Origin: Polyangiales bacterium
GTDB lineage: Bacteria > Myxococcota_A > Polyangia > Polyangiales > Polyangiaceae
DNA: 64,000 bases
Reading direction: 5' to 3'
Assembly: GCA_038231275.1 (NCBI GenBank)
Contig: JBBRLQ010000024.1
Location: forward strand, 32,001 to 96,000
Under the pieces are notes generated by a model. It did not search any database. It saw only the letters and a program-made list of their open reading frames with translations, and was not told where the DNA came from. A program made the position numbers and the translations under genes. Shown one piece after another: positions 49,708-59,916 of this stretch (position 1 is its first letter; every line of letters begins with the position of its first letter).

Positions 49708-51405
49708 TTATCGCCCTTGTGGGCTGGAGTGGGAGCTGTGGGAGCTGTAGGCCCGAAGCTCCGTCTTGAGGACCTTGCCGGTCGGGTTTCGCGGGAGCGC
49801 GTCCAAAAAGACGAAGTCGCGCGGGACCTTGGGGCCGGCGAGGCGCTCGCGCGTCCAGATCTTGAGCGATCCCTCGTCGAGCGTGGAGCCGCTTTTCTTC
49901 ACGACGAATGCACGCACGCGCTCGCCCCACTCGACGTCAGGCACGCCGACGACCGCCACCTCGGCGAGCTCCGGGTGCTGCTCGAGCGCGCCTTCGACCT
50001 CCGCGGGGTAGACGTTCACGCCGCCGCTGATGACCATGTCGCGCTTGCGACCTTCGATGAAATAGCGACCGTCGCGATCGGCGCGCACGAGATCGCCGAC
50101 GCTGAAGAAGCCGTCGCGCATGCTGTCTTTCGTGGCGTCGGCGTCCTTGTGGTACCCGCTCACGAGGAACTTGTTGAGGACGAAGAGCTCGCCCACCGCG
50201 CCGGGCGCCACGGACTTTCCGGCGTCGTCGAGGAGGCGGATCTCATTTCCGGGAACCGCCTTTCCGATCGTGCCCGGCGCGGCGCGCAGATCGGCGGGCT
50301 TGGCGAGCGTGACGAGGCCGGTCTCCGTCGCTCCATAGAAATTGAAGAGCACGTCGCCGAACGCGTCCATGAACTCGAGCGCGAGCGGCCCCGGCAGCGG
50401 CGCGCCTCCCGAGAAGACGACGCGGAGCGAGCGCGCGTCGTAGCGCTGCATCGTCTCCTTGCCGAGCGACAGCACACGATGAAGCATCGTCGGCACGAGC
50501 GCGGTCGTCGTCACCTGATGCTTCTCGACGAGCGCGAGGAACGGCTCCGGCTTGAACTCGTCCATCAGCACCGCGGTGTTGCCGAGCATGTGCGAGAGCG
50601 ACAAGAACCCGAACGCCGTCGAGTGGTACATCGGGCACGTGACGAGGTGAACGTCGTCGACGCGCATCGGCGTCTCCGCGACGAAGCGCATGAAGGCCGG
50701 CATCGCGTCCTTCGGGAACTTGCGCACGGCCCCCTTGGGCTTGCCGGTCGTGCCAGACGTGTAGATCACGACCGACGCGTCGTCCTCTGCGCCCTTCTCG
50801 GCGACGAACGGCGTGGTCTCTTCGAGGAGGCGCGCGGACGGCGTCGTCCCGGGCACGGCGTCGCCGACGGAGTAGTAGGACGTCGCGGCGATCTTCGGCA
50901 GCTCCTTCTTCGCTTCTTCGACGACGTGCCAGAGGTCGCTCTCGAACGCCATCGCGACGGCGCCGCAGTGCGTGGCGAGGTACACGAGCTCCTTGGCCGT
51001 AGAGCGCCACGACACCGCCACCGCCGCGGCCCCGAGCCTCGCCGCCGCCGCGCCGATCTCGATGAACTCGGGGCGGTTCTTCATGATGAGGACGACGCTG
51101 TTGCCGCGCTTCACGCCGCGCGCGGAGAGGCCGGCCGCGATCTTGTCGATGCGCGCGTCGAGCTCGGAGAACGTGACCGCGCGATCGCGCCAAATGAGCG
51201 CCTTCTTGTCGGGCGAGTTTTTGGCGTGGATGCGGTAGATCTGCGACGGGTTCTGCGAGGTGGCGGTGAGCGTGCGGACGAGCTGTGCGACGCCGGGCGC
51301 GCGCATGTCCCACATGAAGCCGCTGGTGTTGCCGACCTTCATGGCGACCTTCACGCGGTCGGGGAGGTCTTGGAGGCGCGCGCGGAGGTCGGTGATTCGG
51401 CTCAC
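49708..51405 (-). CDS. Acyl-CoA synthetase (AMP-binding)
   Basis: YTSGTTGKPKG, YGATE, GD, GRKRDMVISGGVNVYP, PRNPTGK. Confidence 0.92.
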   Translation of the reverse strand: MSRITDLRARLQDLPDRVKVAMKVGNTSGFMWDMRAPGVAQLVRTLTATSQNPSQIYRIHAKNSPDKKALIWRDRAVTFSELDARIDKIAAGLSARGVKRGNSVVLIMKNRPEFIEIGAAAARLGAAAVAVSWRSTAKELVYLATHCGAVAMAFESDLWHVVEEAKKELPKIAATSYYSVGDAVPGTTPSARLLEETTPFVAEKGAEDDASVVIYTSGTTGKPKGAVRKFPKDAMPAFMRFVAETPMRVDDVHLVTCPMYHSTAFGFLSLSHMLGNTAVLMDEFKPEPFLALVEKHQVTTTALVPTMLHRVLSLGKETMQRYDARSLRVVFSGGAPLPGPLALEFMDAFGDVLFNFYGATETGLVTLAKPADLRAAPGTIGKAVPGNEIRLLDDAGKSVAPGAVGELFVLNKFLVSGYHKDADATKDSMRDGFFSVGDLVRADRDGRYFIEGRKRDMVISGGVNVYPAEVEGALEQHPELAEVAVVGVPDVEWGERVRAFVVKKSGSTLDEGSLKIWTRERLAGPKVPRDFVFLDALPRNPTGKVLKTELRAYSSHSSHSSPQGR

Positions 51406-51458
51406 GCGCGAACTCTACCAGGCCGCGGACGACACGGCGGTGTAGTCTGCTCGTGCCC

Positions 51459-51854
51459 ATGGACGAGGAGAAGCGCGAGGCGGACCGCGCCGCGATCACC
51501 CTCAAGGTCGACTACAAGCGGATCAACACGTTCTTCGCCGACTACACGAAGAACATCTCCAAGGGGGGAACGTTCATCCGCACGACCAAGCCGCTCGCGA
51601 TCGGCACCGAGTTCGTGTTCGTCCTCTCGCTCCCCGCGCAGAACGAGCAGCTCAAGCTCCTCGGGCAGGTGGTCTGGATCACGGAAGAAGAGAAGGCCAC
51701 CGAAGAGAGCCCGCAAGGCATGGGCATCCGCTTCAAGTTCAGCTCGGACGACGAGCGCGAGCAGGTGAACCGCTTCGTCGAGCGCCTGATGAACGAGACG
51801 CTCGGCGAGCACATCTCGCAGCGCCTCCTCGCCAAAATGCGCGAGCAGACCTAG
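51459..51854 (+). CDS. PilZ-domain protein (TIGR02266-like)
   Basis: RxxxR (READR), NISKGG, GMGIRF. Confidence 0.88.
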   Translation: MDEEKREADRAAITLKVDYKRINTFFADYTKNISKGGTFIRTTKPLAIGTEFVFVLSLPAQNEQLKLLGQVVWITEEEKATEESPQGMGIRFKFSSDDEREQVNRFVERLMNETLGEHISQRLLAKMREQT

Positions 51855-51863
51855 ATTCAGAGG

Positions 51864-52829
51864 ATGAAGCTGCCGATGGCCGACGCGCCGGAGCCCAAGA
51901 TCGATCCGTCGCTGGACCTCGAGGACGAGATCCAGAAGCTCAAGAAGTCCAAGAACGCCGTCATCCTGGCCCACTATTACCAAGAGGGTGAGATTCAGGA
52001 CGTCGCCGATTTCATCGGGGACTCGCTCCAGCTGTCGCAAGAAGCGGCGAAGACGAAGGCCGATGTCATCTGCTTCGCGGGCGTCCACTTCATGGCCGAG
52101 ACCGCGAAGATCTTGAACCCGGGGCGCATCGTCGTCGTCCCCGATCTGACCGCCGGCTGCTCGCTCGCTGACGGCTGCCCGGCCGACAAGCTCGCGGCGT
52201 GGCAAGCGCGGTTCCCCGGCGCCGTCACCGTCAGTTACATCAACTGCTCCGCCGAAGTGAAGGCGCTCTCCGATTACATCTGCACGTCCTCGAACGCCGA
52301 GAAGATCGTGCGCGCCATCCCGGCCGACAAGAAGGTGCTCTTCGCGCCCGACAAGAACTTGGGCGCCTACCTCCAGAAGCAGATCGGCCGCCCGATGGAG
52401 CTCTGGCAAGGCAGCTGCATCGTCCACGAGACGTTCAGCGAAAAGAAGCTGGTCGGCCTGAAGGAGCGGAACCCCGACGCGGTCGTCCTGGCGCATCCCG
52501 AGTGCGAGGAGCACGTCCTCCGCCACGCCGACTACATCGGGTCGACGACCGGCATCCTCAAGTATGCGGTCAATAGCCCCAAGAAGAAGTTCATCGTCGT
52601 GACCGAAGCGGGGATCCTGCACCAAATGCAGAAGGCAGCGCCGGACAAGGAGTTCATCCCCGCCCCGCCCGACGCGAACTGCGCGTGCAACGAGTGCCCG
52701 TTCATGCGGAAAAATACGCTGGAGAAGGTGTACCTGTCGCTCCGCGATCTGGCGCCCCGCCTCGAGATGCCGATCGATCTCATCACGCGCGCCAGGGTGC
52801 CGATCGACCGCATGCTTGCGCTGTCTTGA
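51864..52829 (+). CDS. nadA: Quinolinate synthase
   Basis: ILAHYYQ, GVHFMAE, GCSLA, YINCS, CIVHE, AHPEC, CPFM. Confidence 0.97.
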   Translation: MKLPMADAPEPKIDPSLDLEDEIQKLKKSKNAVILAHYYQEGEIQDVADFIGDSLQLSQEAAKTKADVICFAGVHFMAETAKILNPGRIVVVPDLTAGCSLADGCPADKLAAWQARFPGAVTVSYINCSAEVKALSDYICTSSNAEKIVRAIPADKKVLFAPDKNLGAYLQKQIGRPMELWQGSCIVHETFSEKKLVGLKERNPDAVVLAHPECEEHVLRHADYIGSTTGILKYAVNSPKKKFIVVTEAGILHQMQKAAPDKEFIPAPPDANCACNECPFMRKNTLEKVYLSLRDLAPRLEMPIDLITRARVPIDRMLALS

Positions 52830-52896
52830 GCGTTTGGCAGGCGTTTGGAGCAGGTCGACGGTGGTCAGCGCGGCCGCTCCGGCGTAGAGTCTCGCC

Positions 52897-54993
52897 ATGC
52901 CGCGTTGGGTTCGTCTTGCGTCGAGCTCGGTCGCCGTCGCGACCCTGATCGTCGCGTGCGGATCGCGGACCGGCCTCGATTTGCCGCAGGACGACTGCGC
53001 AGAGGGCTTCATCGACTGTCAGCCCGCGCCCGACGCGCACCACGACGCACCGCGCGACAACACCGTGCCCGACGTGCTCGTCGATCGCGACGGACCACGC
53101 GACGTCTCGCGTGAAGGCGACGGGCCGCTCTTCGAAGGCGGGCCGCTCGACGTCGTGACGGACTGCGCGCAGCCCGCCTACTGCGATCCGGCGGATCCTG
53201 GCTACGTCTACAAATGCGGCGTTCGCATCTTCCAGTGCAGCTCGCTCGAGCAGTGCGAGCAGGTCGGCGGCTTCGATGCCGGCGACGCGAGCGACGCGGG
53301 CACCGCGCAGTGCATCAACCCGTGCCTCGACACGCTCGGGCAGGACACGTCGAACGGGTGTGAGTTCTTCGCCGGCGTCATCGACACCGAGGCCTCGACG
53401 GCGGGCGCGTGCTACGCAGTCTTCATCGTCAACCAGTGGAAGACGGGCGAGCCGGCCCGCATCCAAGTCGATCGCGGCGGGACGATCCTTCCGATCGACT
53501 CGTTCACGCGCATCCCGGTCGGCAAAGGCACGTCGCTCGCGTACGCGGCGTACGACTCGCAAGTGGGGCTCGCGAAGGATCAGATCGCGATCATGTTCCT
53601 CTCCGCGAACCCGGCGCTCGCGGGAACGGGCGGCAGCAACCCCAACGTGCTGGCGCAGTGCCCCGCCGGCGTTACCCCCGCGGTGATCCCCGACGCTGCG
53701 CTCCACGGCACCGGCTTCGGGACGGCGTTCCACATCAAGACGAACGTGCCGGTCGTCGGCTACCAGATGATCCCGTACGGCGGCGGGCGCGCGCGCGTGA
53801 CGAGCGCGACGTTGCTCCTGCCCACGAACGTGTGGGACAAATCGTTCGTCGCCGCCAACGCGCACCCGCAGCCGAACTTCGACGTCGTGCCGCCGGCCGC
53901 CGAGGACTCGCCGACGATGATGATCCTCGCGAGCGACAACGACACCCACGTGACCATCAACCCGGTGACGCCCATCACCGGAGGAGGCGGAGTCTCACCC
54001 GCGCCGGCCGGCGCACCGGTCACCTACACGATCGGCCGCGGCGAGTACCTCCAGCTCACGCAGCCGATCGAGCTGACCGGAAGCCCAATCGCCGCCGACA
54101 AGCCGATCGCGGTGATTGGCGGATCCACGATCATGCAGGTCCCCCTCGGCCGGCAGCGCGCCGACACCGCCCACCAGATGCTGCCGCCCGTCAGCGCGCT
54201 CGGCAGCGAGTACGCGGCGGTGCGCTACCGGCAGCGCGCGACGCACGCCGACGAGACCGTTCCCTGGCGCATCGTCGGCGTGGTCGACGGCACTCAGCTC
54301 ACGTGGGAGCCGTCGATTCCACCCGGCGCGCCGACGACGATCAACGCGCGCCAGTTCGTCGAGTTCAACTCGCAAGGCCAGTTCGTCGTCCGCAGCCAGA
54401 ACGCCGCGCATCCGTTCTACATGGCCGGCTACATGACGGGCGGAGATACCCCGCCGTACCTGCGGGCCGAGACCGACGGCGGCGTCACCGAGAATGAGAC
54501 CCCGAACGACGGCGAAGGCGACGCGGAGTTCGTGAACCTCGTGCCCCCCGCGCAGTTCCTCCCGCGCTACACGTTCTTCACCGATCCGACCTACCCAGAG
54601 ACGAACCTCGTCGTCACGCGCGTCAAAGATCCGGTGCTCGGCTTCCCCGAGGTCTCCCTCGACTGCGCCGGCACCCTCGGCGGATGGACGAACCTCGGCG
54701 CCGCCGGCCTCTACCAGTACACGCGCGTCGATCTCTCGACCGGCGATTTCCAGGGCGTCGGAGGCTGCGACAACGGCGTGCACACGATGGTCGGCAGCTT
54801 CCCGGGCGTCGACGGCTCCGCGAACGTCCCGCGCTTCGGCGTGACGATCTGGGGATGGGGCAACGGCATCACCTACGCGCCATGCTGCGGTAACAACGAG
54901 GACCAGAACCCCAAGTACACGCGCTGGGTCAGCTACGCGTACCCTGCGGGAGCGAACTTCTCGCCGCTGAACAGCGTCGTCATCACGCCTTAG
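52897..54993 (+). CDS. IgGFc-binding-protein N-terminal-domain lipoprotein, copy 1
   Basis: IVAC-GSRTGL lipobox; SNGCEF, SATLLLPT, ELTGS.I.ADKPIAV, PPAQFL..YTFFTDPTY, VSYAYPAG. Confidence 0.8.
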   Translation: MPRWVRLASSSVAVATLIVACGSRTGLDLPQDDCAEGFIDCQPAPDAHHDAPRDNTVPDVLVDRDGPRDVSREGDGPLFEGGPLDVVTDCAQPAYCDPADPGYVYKCGVRIFQCSSLEQCEQVGGFDAGDASDAGTAQCINPCLDTLGQDTSNGCEFFAGVIDTEASTAGACYAVFIVNQWKTGEPARIQVDRGGTILPIDSFTRIPVGKGTSLAYAAYDSQVGLAKDQIAIMFLSANPALAGTGGSNPNVLAQCPAGVTPAVIPDAALHGTGFGTAFHIKTNVPVVGYQMIPYGGGRARVTSATLLLPTNVWDKSFVAANAHPQPNFDVVPPAAEDSPTMMILASDNDTHVTINPVTPITGGGGVSPAPAGAPVTYTIGRGEYLQLTQPIELTGSPIAADKPIAVIGGSTIMQVPLGRQRADTAHQMLPPVSALGSEYAAVRYRQRATHADETVPWRIVGVVDGTQLTWEPSIPPGAPTTINARQFVEFNSQGQFVVRSQNAAHPFYMAGYMTGGDTPPYLRAETDGGVTENETPNDGEGDAEFVNLVPPAQFLPRYTFFTDPTYPETNLVVTRVKDPVLGFPEVSLDCAGTLGGWTNLGAAGLYQYTRVDLSTGDFQGVGGCDNGVHTMVGSFPGVDGSANVPRFGVTIWGWGNGITYAPCCGNNEDQNPKYTRWVSYAYPAGANFSPLNSVVITP

Positions 54994-55016
54994 TCGGAGT
55001 CGGAGTCGGAGTCGGA
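54993..55016 (+). repeat. Microsatellite (GTCGGA)x4
   Basis: Read directly, between the two paralogs. Confidence 0.9.
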
Positions 55017-55027
55017 GGTCTTATTTC

Positions 55028-57094
55028 ATGGCACGTTGGCTTCGTCTTGCTTCCAGCTCCGTCGCGGTCGCAACGCTCATCGTCGCGTGCGGATCGCGAA
55101 CCGGGCTGGATTTGCCGCAGAACGACTGCGCCGAGGGGTTCATCGACTGCCAGCCGGCGCCGGACGCGCAGCACGACGCGCCGCGCGACAACACGGTGCC
55201 GCCGGCCGACGTGCTCGTCGATCGTGACGGTCCCCGCGACGTCTTCCGCGAAGGCGACGGGCCGCTGTTCGAAGGCGGGCCGCTCGACGTCGTGACCGAC
55301 TGCGTGCAGCCGGCGTACTGCGATCCGGCGGATCCTGGCTTCATCTACAAGTGCGGCGTCCGCATCTTCCAGTGCAACTCCCTCGAGCAGTGCGAGCTCC
55401 TTGGGGGCACCGACGCCGGCGACGCGAGCGACGCGGGGACGGCGTCCTGCATCAACCCGTGCCTCGACACGCTCGGGCAAGACACGTCGAACGGCTGCGA
55501 GTTCTTCTCGGCAGTGACCGACACCGATCCCACGAGCGCCGGCGCCTGCTTCGCGGTCTTCATCGTGAACCAGTGGAAGACCGGGGAGACCGCGCGCATC
55601 GAGGTCGATCGCGGCGGGGCGCTCCTGCCGATCGATCAGTTCGCGCGCATCCCGGTCGGCAAGGGGACCGGCATCACGTACGCGCCGTACAACTCGGCGC
55701 AGGGGCTGGCGAAGGATCAGGTCGCGATCCTCTTCCTCTCGCGCGACCCGAACATCCCGGGCGGCGGCACCAACCCCAACCAGCTCGCGGTGTGCCCCGA
55801 TGGCGTCACACCTGCGTTCTCCGGCGATGCGGCGCTTCATGGAACCGGCATCGGGACGCTGTTCCACATCAAGACGAACGTGCCGGTCGTCGCGTATCAA
55901 ATTTTCCCGTACGGCGGCGGGCGCGCGCGCATCACGAGCGCGACGCTGCTCCAGCCGACGAACGTTTGGGACACGAACTTCATCGCGGTGAACGCGCAGC
56001 CGCCGCCGTCCTTCTCGCCGAACCAAGGTCCCACGATGCTCGTCATGGGGCGCGACAACGACACGCACGTGACCATCAACCCGGTCACGCCGATCACGCC
56101 CGGCGGAGGGCTCGGCCCGGGGCCGGCGAACGTGCCGACCACCTACACCGTGCAGCGCGGGCAATATTTGCAGTTTACACAGCCTGTCGAGCTCACCGGC
56201 AGCCCGCTTCGCTCCGACAAGCCGGTGGCGGTCATCGGCGGCTCGACGATCATGCAGGTCCCGGTCGGGCGCGTACGCGCCGACAGCGCGCAGCAGATGC
56301 TTCCGCCGATCAGCGCGATGGGCAGCGAGTACGTCGGCGTGAGGTTCCGCGCGCGAACGTTCCGCACGAACGAGGCCGTCCCGTGGCGCCTCGTCGGCGT
56401 CGTGAACGGAACGCAGCTGACGTGGGAGCCTTCGGTTCCGCCTGGCGCGCCGACGCTCTTGAACGCCCGGCAGTTCGTGCAGTTCGAGGCCCCCGGCGAG
56501 TTCGTTGTCCGGAGCCAGGACGCCGCGCACCCCTTCCACGTCGCCACCTACATGACCGGCGGCAAGCTGTCTCCTTTTGGCGGCAACGAGGTCGCCGCAG
56601 ACGGCGAAGGCGACGCCGAGTTCGTCAACGTCGTGCCCCCCGCGCAGTACCTCCCGCGCTACACGTTCTTCACCGATCCGACCTACCCCGAGACGAACCT
56701 CGTCATTGTGCGCGTGAAGGACGCGGCGCTCGGCGTCTTCCCCGACGTCACGCTCGACTGCAGCGGCACGCTCGCCGGGTGGCAAGCTCTCGGCACCGCG
56801 GGGATCTACGAGTTCACGCGCGTGGATCTCCAAACTGGCGATTTTCAAGCGGTCGGCGGCTGCAACAACGGCGTGCACACGATCGTCGGCACGTTCCCGG
56901 GCATCGAAGGCGGCACCAGCGTCCCGCGCTTCGGCGTCACGGTCTGGGGTTGGGGCAACACCGTTACGTTCCGCGGCTCCGATCCGCCGGATCCGAGCGA
57001 TCAGCTGAACCCGAAGTACACGCGCTGGGTGAGCTACGCATACCCCGCAGGTGCGAACTTCTCGCCGCTCAACAGCGTCGTCGTCACGCCGTAG
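55028..57094 (+). CDS. IgGFc-binding-protein N-terminal-domain lipoprotein, copy 2 (tandem paralog)
   Basis: Collinear with copy 1; near-identical N- and C-termini. Confidence 0.8.
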   Translation: MARWLRLASSSVAVATLIVACGSRTGLDLPQNDCAEGFIDCQPAPDAQHDAPRDNTVPPADVLVDRDGPRDVFREGDGPLFEGGPLDVVTDCVQPAYCDPADPGFIYKCGVRIFQCNSLEQCELLGGTDAGDASDAGTASCINPCLDTLGQDTSNGCEFFSAVTDTDPTSAGACFAVFIVNQWKTGETARIEVDRGGALLPIDQFARIPVGKGTGITYAPYNSAQGLAKDQVAILFLSRDPNIPGGGTNPNQLAVCPDGVTPAFSGDAALHGTGIGTLFHIKTNVPVVAYQIFPYGGGRARITSATLLQPTNVWDTNFIAVNAQPPPSFSPNQGPTMLVMGRDNDTHVTINPVTPITPGGGLGPGPANVPTTYTVQRGQYLQFTQPVELTGSPLRSDKPVAVIGGSTIMQVPVGRVRADSAQQMLPPISAMGSEYVGVRFRARTFRTNEAVPWRLVGVVNGTQLTWEPSVPPGAPTLLNARQFVQFEAPGEFVVRSQDAAHPFHVATYMTGGKLSPFGGNEVAADGEGDAEFVNVVPPAQYLPRYTFFTDPTYPETNLVIVRVKDAALGVFPDVTLDCSGTLAGWQALGTAGIYEFTRVDLQTGDFQAVGGCNNGVHTIVGTFPGIEGGTSVPRFGVTVWGWGNTVTFRGSDPPDPSDQLNPKYTRWVSYAYPAGANFSPLNSVVVTP

Positions 57095-57136
57095 CGTCGG
57101 CGCCGTCGCTGCGCGCGGACCATGCTCGGCGAGCGC

Positions 57137-57646
57137 TCACGAGCGGCGGCGGAAGACGAACGTGACGCCGTCCCTGAGGATCAGGAGGACACCGTCCGGC
57201 GTCGCCGTGTACGCCTCGGCGTTGAGCTCGGGGTGCCGGCTCGTCTGGGTACGGAATTGGGTCCCTACGGTTGCAAAGCGACCTAGCTCGCAGCCGCGCG
57301 CCGGCGGCAGGTCGATGGCGGTCATCATCGAGCCCTGCGTATGGTCCGCGGCGCGCTCCTCGGCGGCGAACCGCATCGCCCAGCGGAACGCGGGCGCGTT
57401 GTTGGAGCTCCACTCACCCGATGCTTTGGTGTGGTCGACGATTTGAACGAGATCGTAGATCCCGTCGGCAACGACACCCCCCACCGCGGTCTGGTGCGGC
57501 GTCGTTTGGTACGAGTAGCCCACGAGCGCGCCGCGCGTCAGCAGATCGCACGTCTCGGCGCCCGGCGCGGTTGGCGTCGCGCTCGTGCCCGAGTTGCAGC
57601 CGAGGGTGAAGATCGTTGCGGCGAGCGCGAAAGGCGAGAAGCGCAT
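57137..57646 (-). CDS. Small hypothetical lipoprotein
   Basis: TLGC lipobox; AGGAG RBS. Confidence 0.65.
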   Translation of the reverse strand: MRFSPFALAATIFTLGCNSGTSATPTAPGAETCDLLTRGALVGYSYQTTPHQTAVGGVVADGIYDLVQIVDHTKASGEWSSNNAPAFRWAMRFAAEERAADHTQGSMMTAIDLPPARGCELGRFATVGTQFRTQTSRHPELNAEAYTATPDGVLLILRDGVTFVFRRRS

Positions 57647-57664
57647 TTCGGATCTCCTAGCACG

Positions 57665-57697
57665 GTCGGAGTCGGAGTCGGAGTCGGAGTCGGAGTC
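57665..57697 (+). repeat. Microsatellite (GTCGGA)x5 plus GTC
   Basis: Read directly, abutting the mlaE stop codon. Confidence 0.9.
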
Positions 57698-58522
57698 CTA
57701 CAAATCCGTCATGATCGTCGTCGTCACTTGATCCGCCGCAAAAATCGCGACGATGCTCGACACGACCGCCTTCGCCGTCGCCTCCCCCACACCGCGCGCG
57801 CCGCCGGAGGCGTAAAAGCCCTTCTTGCAGCAGATCGTGCTCACGATGAAGCCGAAGATGACGCTCTTCGTGACGAGCATCCTCAGGTCCTTCATTTCCA
57901 CGAACTGCGTGATCTTGTCGACGAAGAGGCCCGGATCGATCCCCTGCCACGAGACCGCGACCACGTACGCGCCGACCATGCCGGCCATGGCGAAGAAGAT
58001 GGCGAGCGCGGGCAAGAGGAGCGTCGTCGCGACGATGCGGGGGACGACGAGGAACTGGACGGGGCTGACGCCCATCGTCGTGATCGCGTCGATCTGCTCG
58101 GTGACGCGCATGTTGCCGAGCTCGCTCGCCATCGTGCTGCCGGCGCGCGCGGTGACGACGACCGCAGCGAGGACCGGCGCAAGCTCGCGGGCAAGAGCGA
58201 GAGCGACGACGCCGCCGACCATGCCCTCGGCCGAGAACTGACGAAAACCCACGATCGTGCTGATCGTGAAGGCCATGCCCGTGAAGAGGCCTACGAGCCC
58301 GACGATGAACGTGGACCCGGCGCCGATGAAATCGAAGGCGGTGAGGAACTGCGCGAAGCGAAACGGCGGGCGAACGAGCCAGGTCATCGCCTTCGCGGCG
58401 AGCAGCAGGGTTGCGCCGAAATCGTCGAGGCCGTCGAGCACCGGCGCAAGGATCTTGTCGACCAGGCCGGAGAGGACCGTGAGCACCGACGAGGGCGCTT
58501 CTTGCTTCTGGACCTCGTTCAC
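57698..58522 (-). CDS. mlaE: MlaE-family ABC transporter permease
   Basis: RELAPVL...RAGSTMASELGNMRVTEQIDAITTMGVSP...VVPR; GGARGVGEAT. Confidence 0.9.
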   Translation of the reverse strand: MNEVQKQEAPSSVLTVLSGLVDKILAPVLDGLDDFGATLLLAAKAMTWLVRPPFRFAQFLTAFDFIGAGSTFIVGLVGLFTGMAFTISTIVGFRQFSAEGMVGGVVALALARELAPVLAAVVVTARAGSTMASELGNMRVTEQIDAITTMGVSPVQFLVVPRIVATTLLLPALAIFFAMAGMVGAYVVAVSWQGIDPGLFVDKITQFVEMKDLRMLVTKSVIFGFIVSTICCKKGFYASGGARGVGEATAKAVVSSIVAIFAADQVTTTIMTDL

Positions 58523-58545
58523 GACGAGGGGAGCTTACACCCGGG

Positions 58546-59775
58546 CTACGGCTCGCGGTAGAAGCGCGGCACGCGGCGGGAGATTTGCGTGAGCACCTCC
58601 CACGCGATGGTGCCCATGTGGCCGGCGACCTCATCGGCGAGGATCGCGTCCTTGCCGAGCGGGCCGTCCTGCGCGCCGAGGATCACCGCCTCGTCGCGCA
58701 GCGCCACGCCCGGGAGATCGGTCACGTCGATCATCGACATGTCCATCGAGACAGCGCCGATGATCGGCGCGCGGCGCCCGCGAACGAGGACGTGGCCCTT
58801 GTTGGAGAGCTGGCGCGAGAGGCCGTCGGCGTAGCCCATTGGGATCGTCGCGACGCGGGAGGGGCGGGGCGCGCGCCACAGGGCGCCGTAGCCGACCGGA
58901 GCCCCGGCAGCGACGTCGCGCACGTCCACGATCTCGGTGCGCACGCGGATGACCTGACGCAAATCCTGAAGGAGCGGCTCGGCGTCGCCGCTGGTCATGG
59001 GCGCGGTGCCGAAGAGCGCGATGCCGGGGCGCACGGCGTCGAGGCGGGCCTGGCCTCGGCCGATCGCGGCGCTGTTCGCGGCGTGACGAAGCGGCGCGCG
59101 GATGCCGTGACGCGCGAGCACCGCGGTGGCCTCGTCGAAGCGGAGCATCTGCTCGGCGGTCTCTTCGTTCGTCGGCGCGTCGGCGCACGCGAGGTGCGTC
59201 ATCAGGCCGGCGATGCGGACCTCCGGCGTGTCGGCGAGGATCGCCGCGATCTTGGCGACGCCGTCCATCGGCACGCCGAGGCGAGCCATGCCGGTGTCGA
59301 TCTTGAGGTGGACGTCGACGGGACCGGGCACGAAGCCGCCGCGGACGAGGCGCGCGAACGCATCGATCTGCTCGGTGTCGAACACGACTGGGACGAGCCC
59401 GCGCGCGACGACCTCGTGGTGCGCGTCGGCATAGTAGCCGCCCATCACCAGGATCGGCGTGCGGATGCCGGCCTCACGAAGCTCGATCGCTTCTTCGAGG
59501 AGCGCGACGCAGAACCCGTCGGCGCCCGCGCGCTCGAGCGTGCGCGCGACAGCAGGCGCGCCATGACCGTAGCCATCGGCCTTCAGCACCGCCCACACCT
59601 TGGCGCCAGCGGCGTGGCGCTGCACGACGCGGAGGTTGTGGCGCAGCGCCTCGAGGTTGACCTCGGCGCGCGTCGGCCTCACGGCGTCGGCGGGAGCCGC
59701 GCGGCGCGGACGCAGCACGCGGACGAGCGGGTCGGAATCGGGTGCAGTGAGCTTGGGCATCGAGCTCTGGGCCAT
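58546..59775 (-). CDS. alr: Alanine racemase
   Basis: VLKADGYGHG, HLKIDTGMARLG, ANSA, VRPGIALFG, GYADG, VSMD. Confidence 0.96.
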   Translation of the reverse strand: MAQSSMPKLTAPDSDPLVRVLRPRRAAPADAVRPTRAEVNLEALRHNLRVVQRHAAGAKVWAVLKADGYGHGAPAVARTLERAGADGFCVALLEEAIELREAGIRTPILVMGGYYADAHHEVVARGLVPVVFDTEQIDAFARLVRGGFVPGPVDVHLKIDTGMARLGVPMDGVAKIAAILADTPEVRIAGLMTHLACADAPTNEETAEQMLRFDEATAVLARHGIRAPLRHAANSAAIGRGQARLDAVRPGIALFGTAPMTSGDAEPLLQDLRQVIRVRTEIVDVRDVAAGAPVGYGALWRAPRPSRVATIPMGYADGLSRQLSNKGHVLVRGRRAPIIGAVSMDMSMIDVTDLPGVALRDEAVILGAQDGPLGKDAILADEVAGHMGTIAWEVLTQISRRVPRFYREP

Positions 59776-59916
59776 TCGCTACTCCGAACGCGCGCCGAAG
59801 GGGAGAGATTCCGCGCGCGCACATCTGTATACGGGCCAAATTTACCCGTTTTCCCCTACTTACCAGCAGCGCCCAGCGCGGGCGAGATTTCGGCGTGGAG
59901 ACCGTATGCGCGTCGC

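Noticed and set aside
49718..49750. Short 9-bp repeat encoding SSHSSHSS at the acyl-CoA synthetase C-terminus
   Set aside because: Only about two perfect copies in a dispensable tail; probably neutral slippage.
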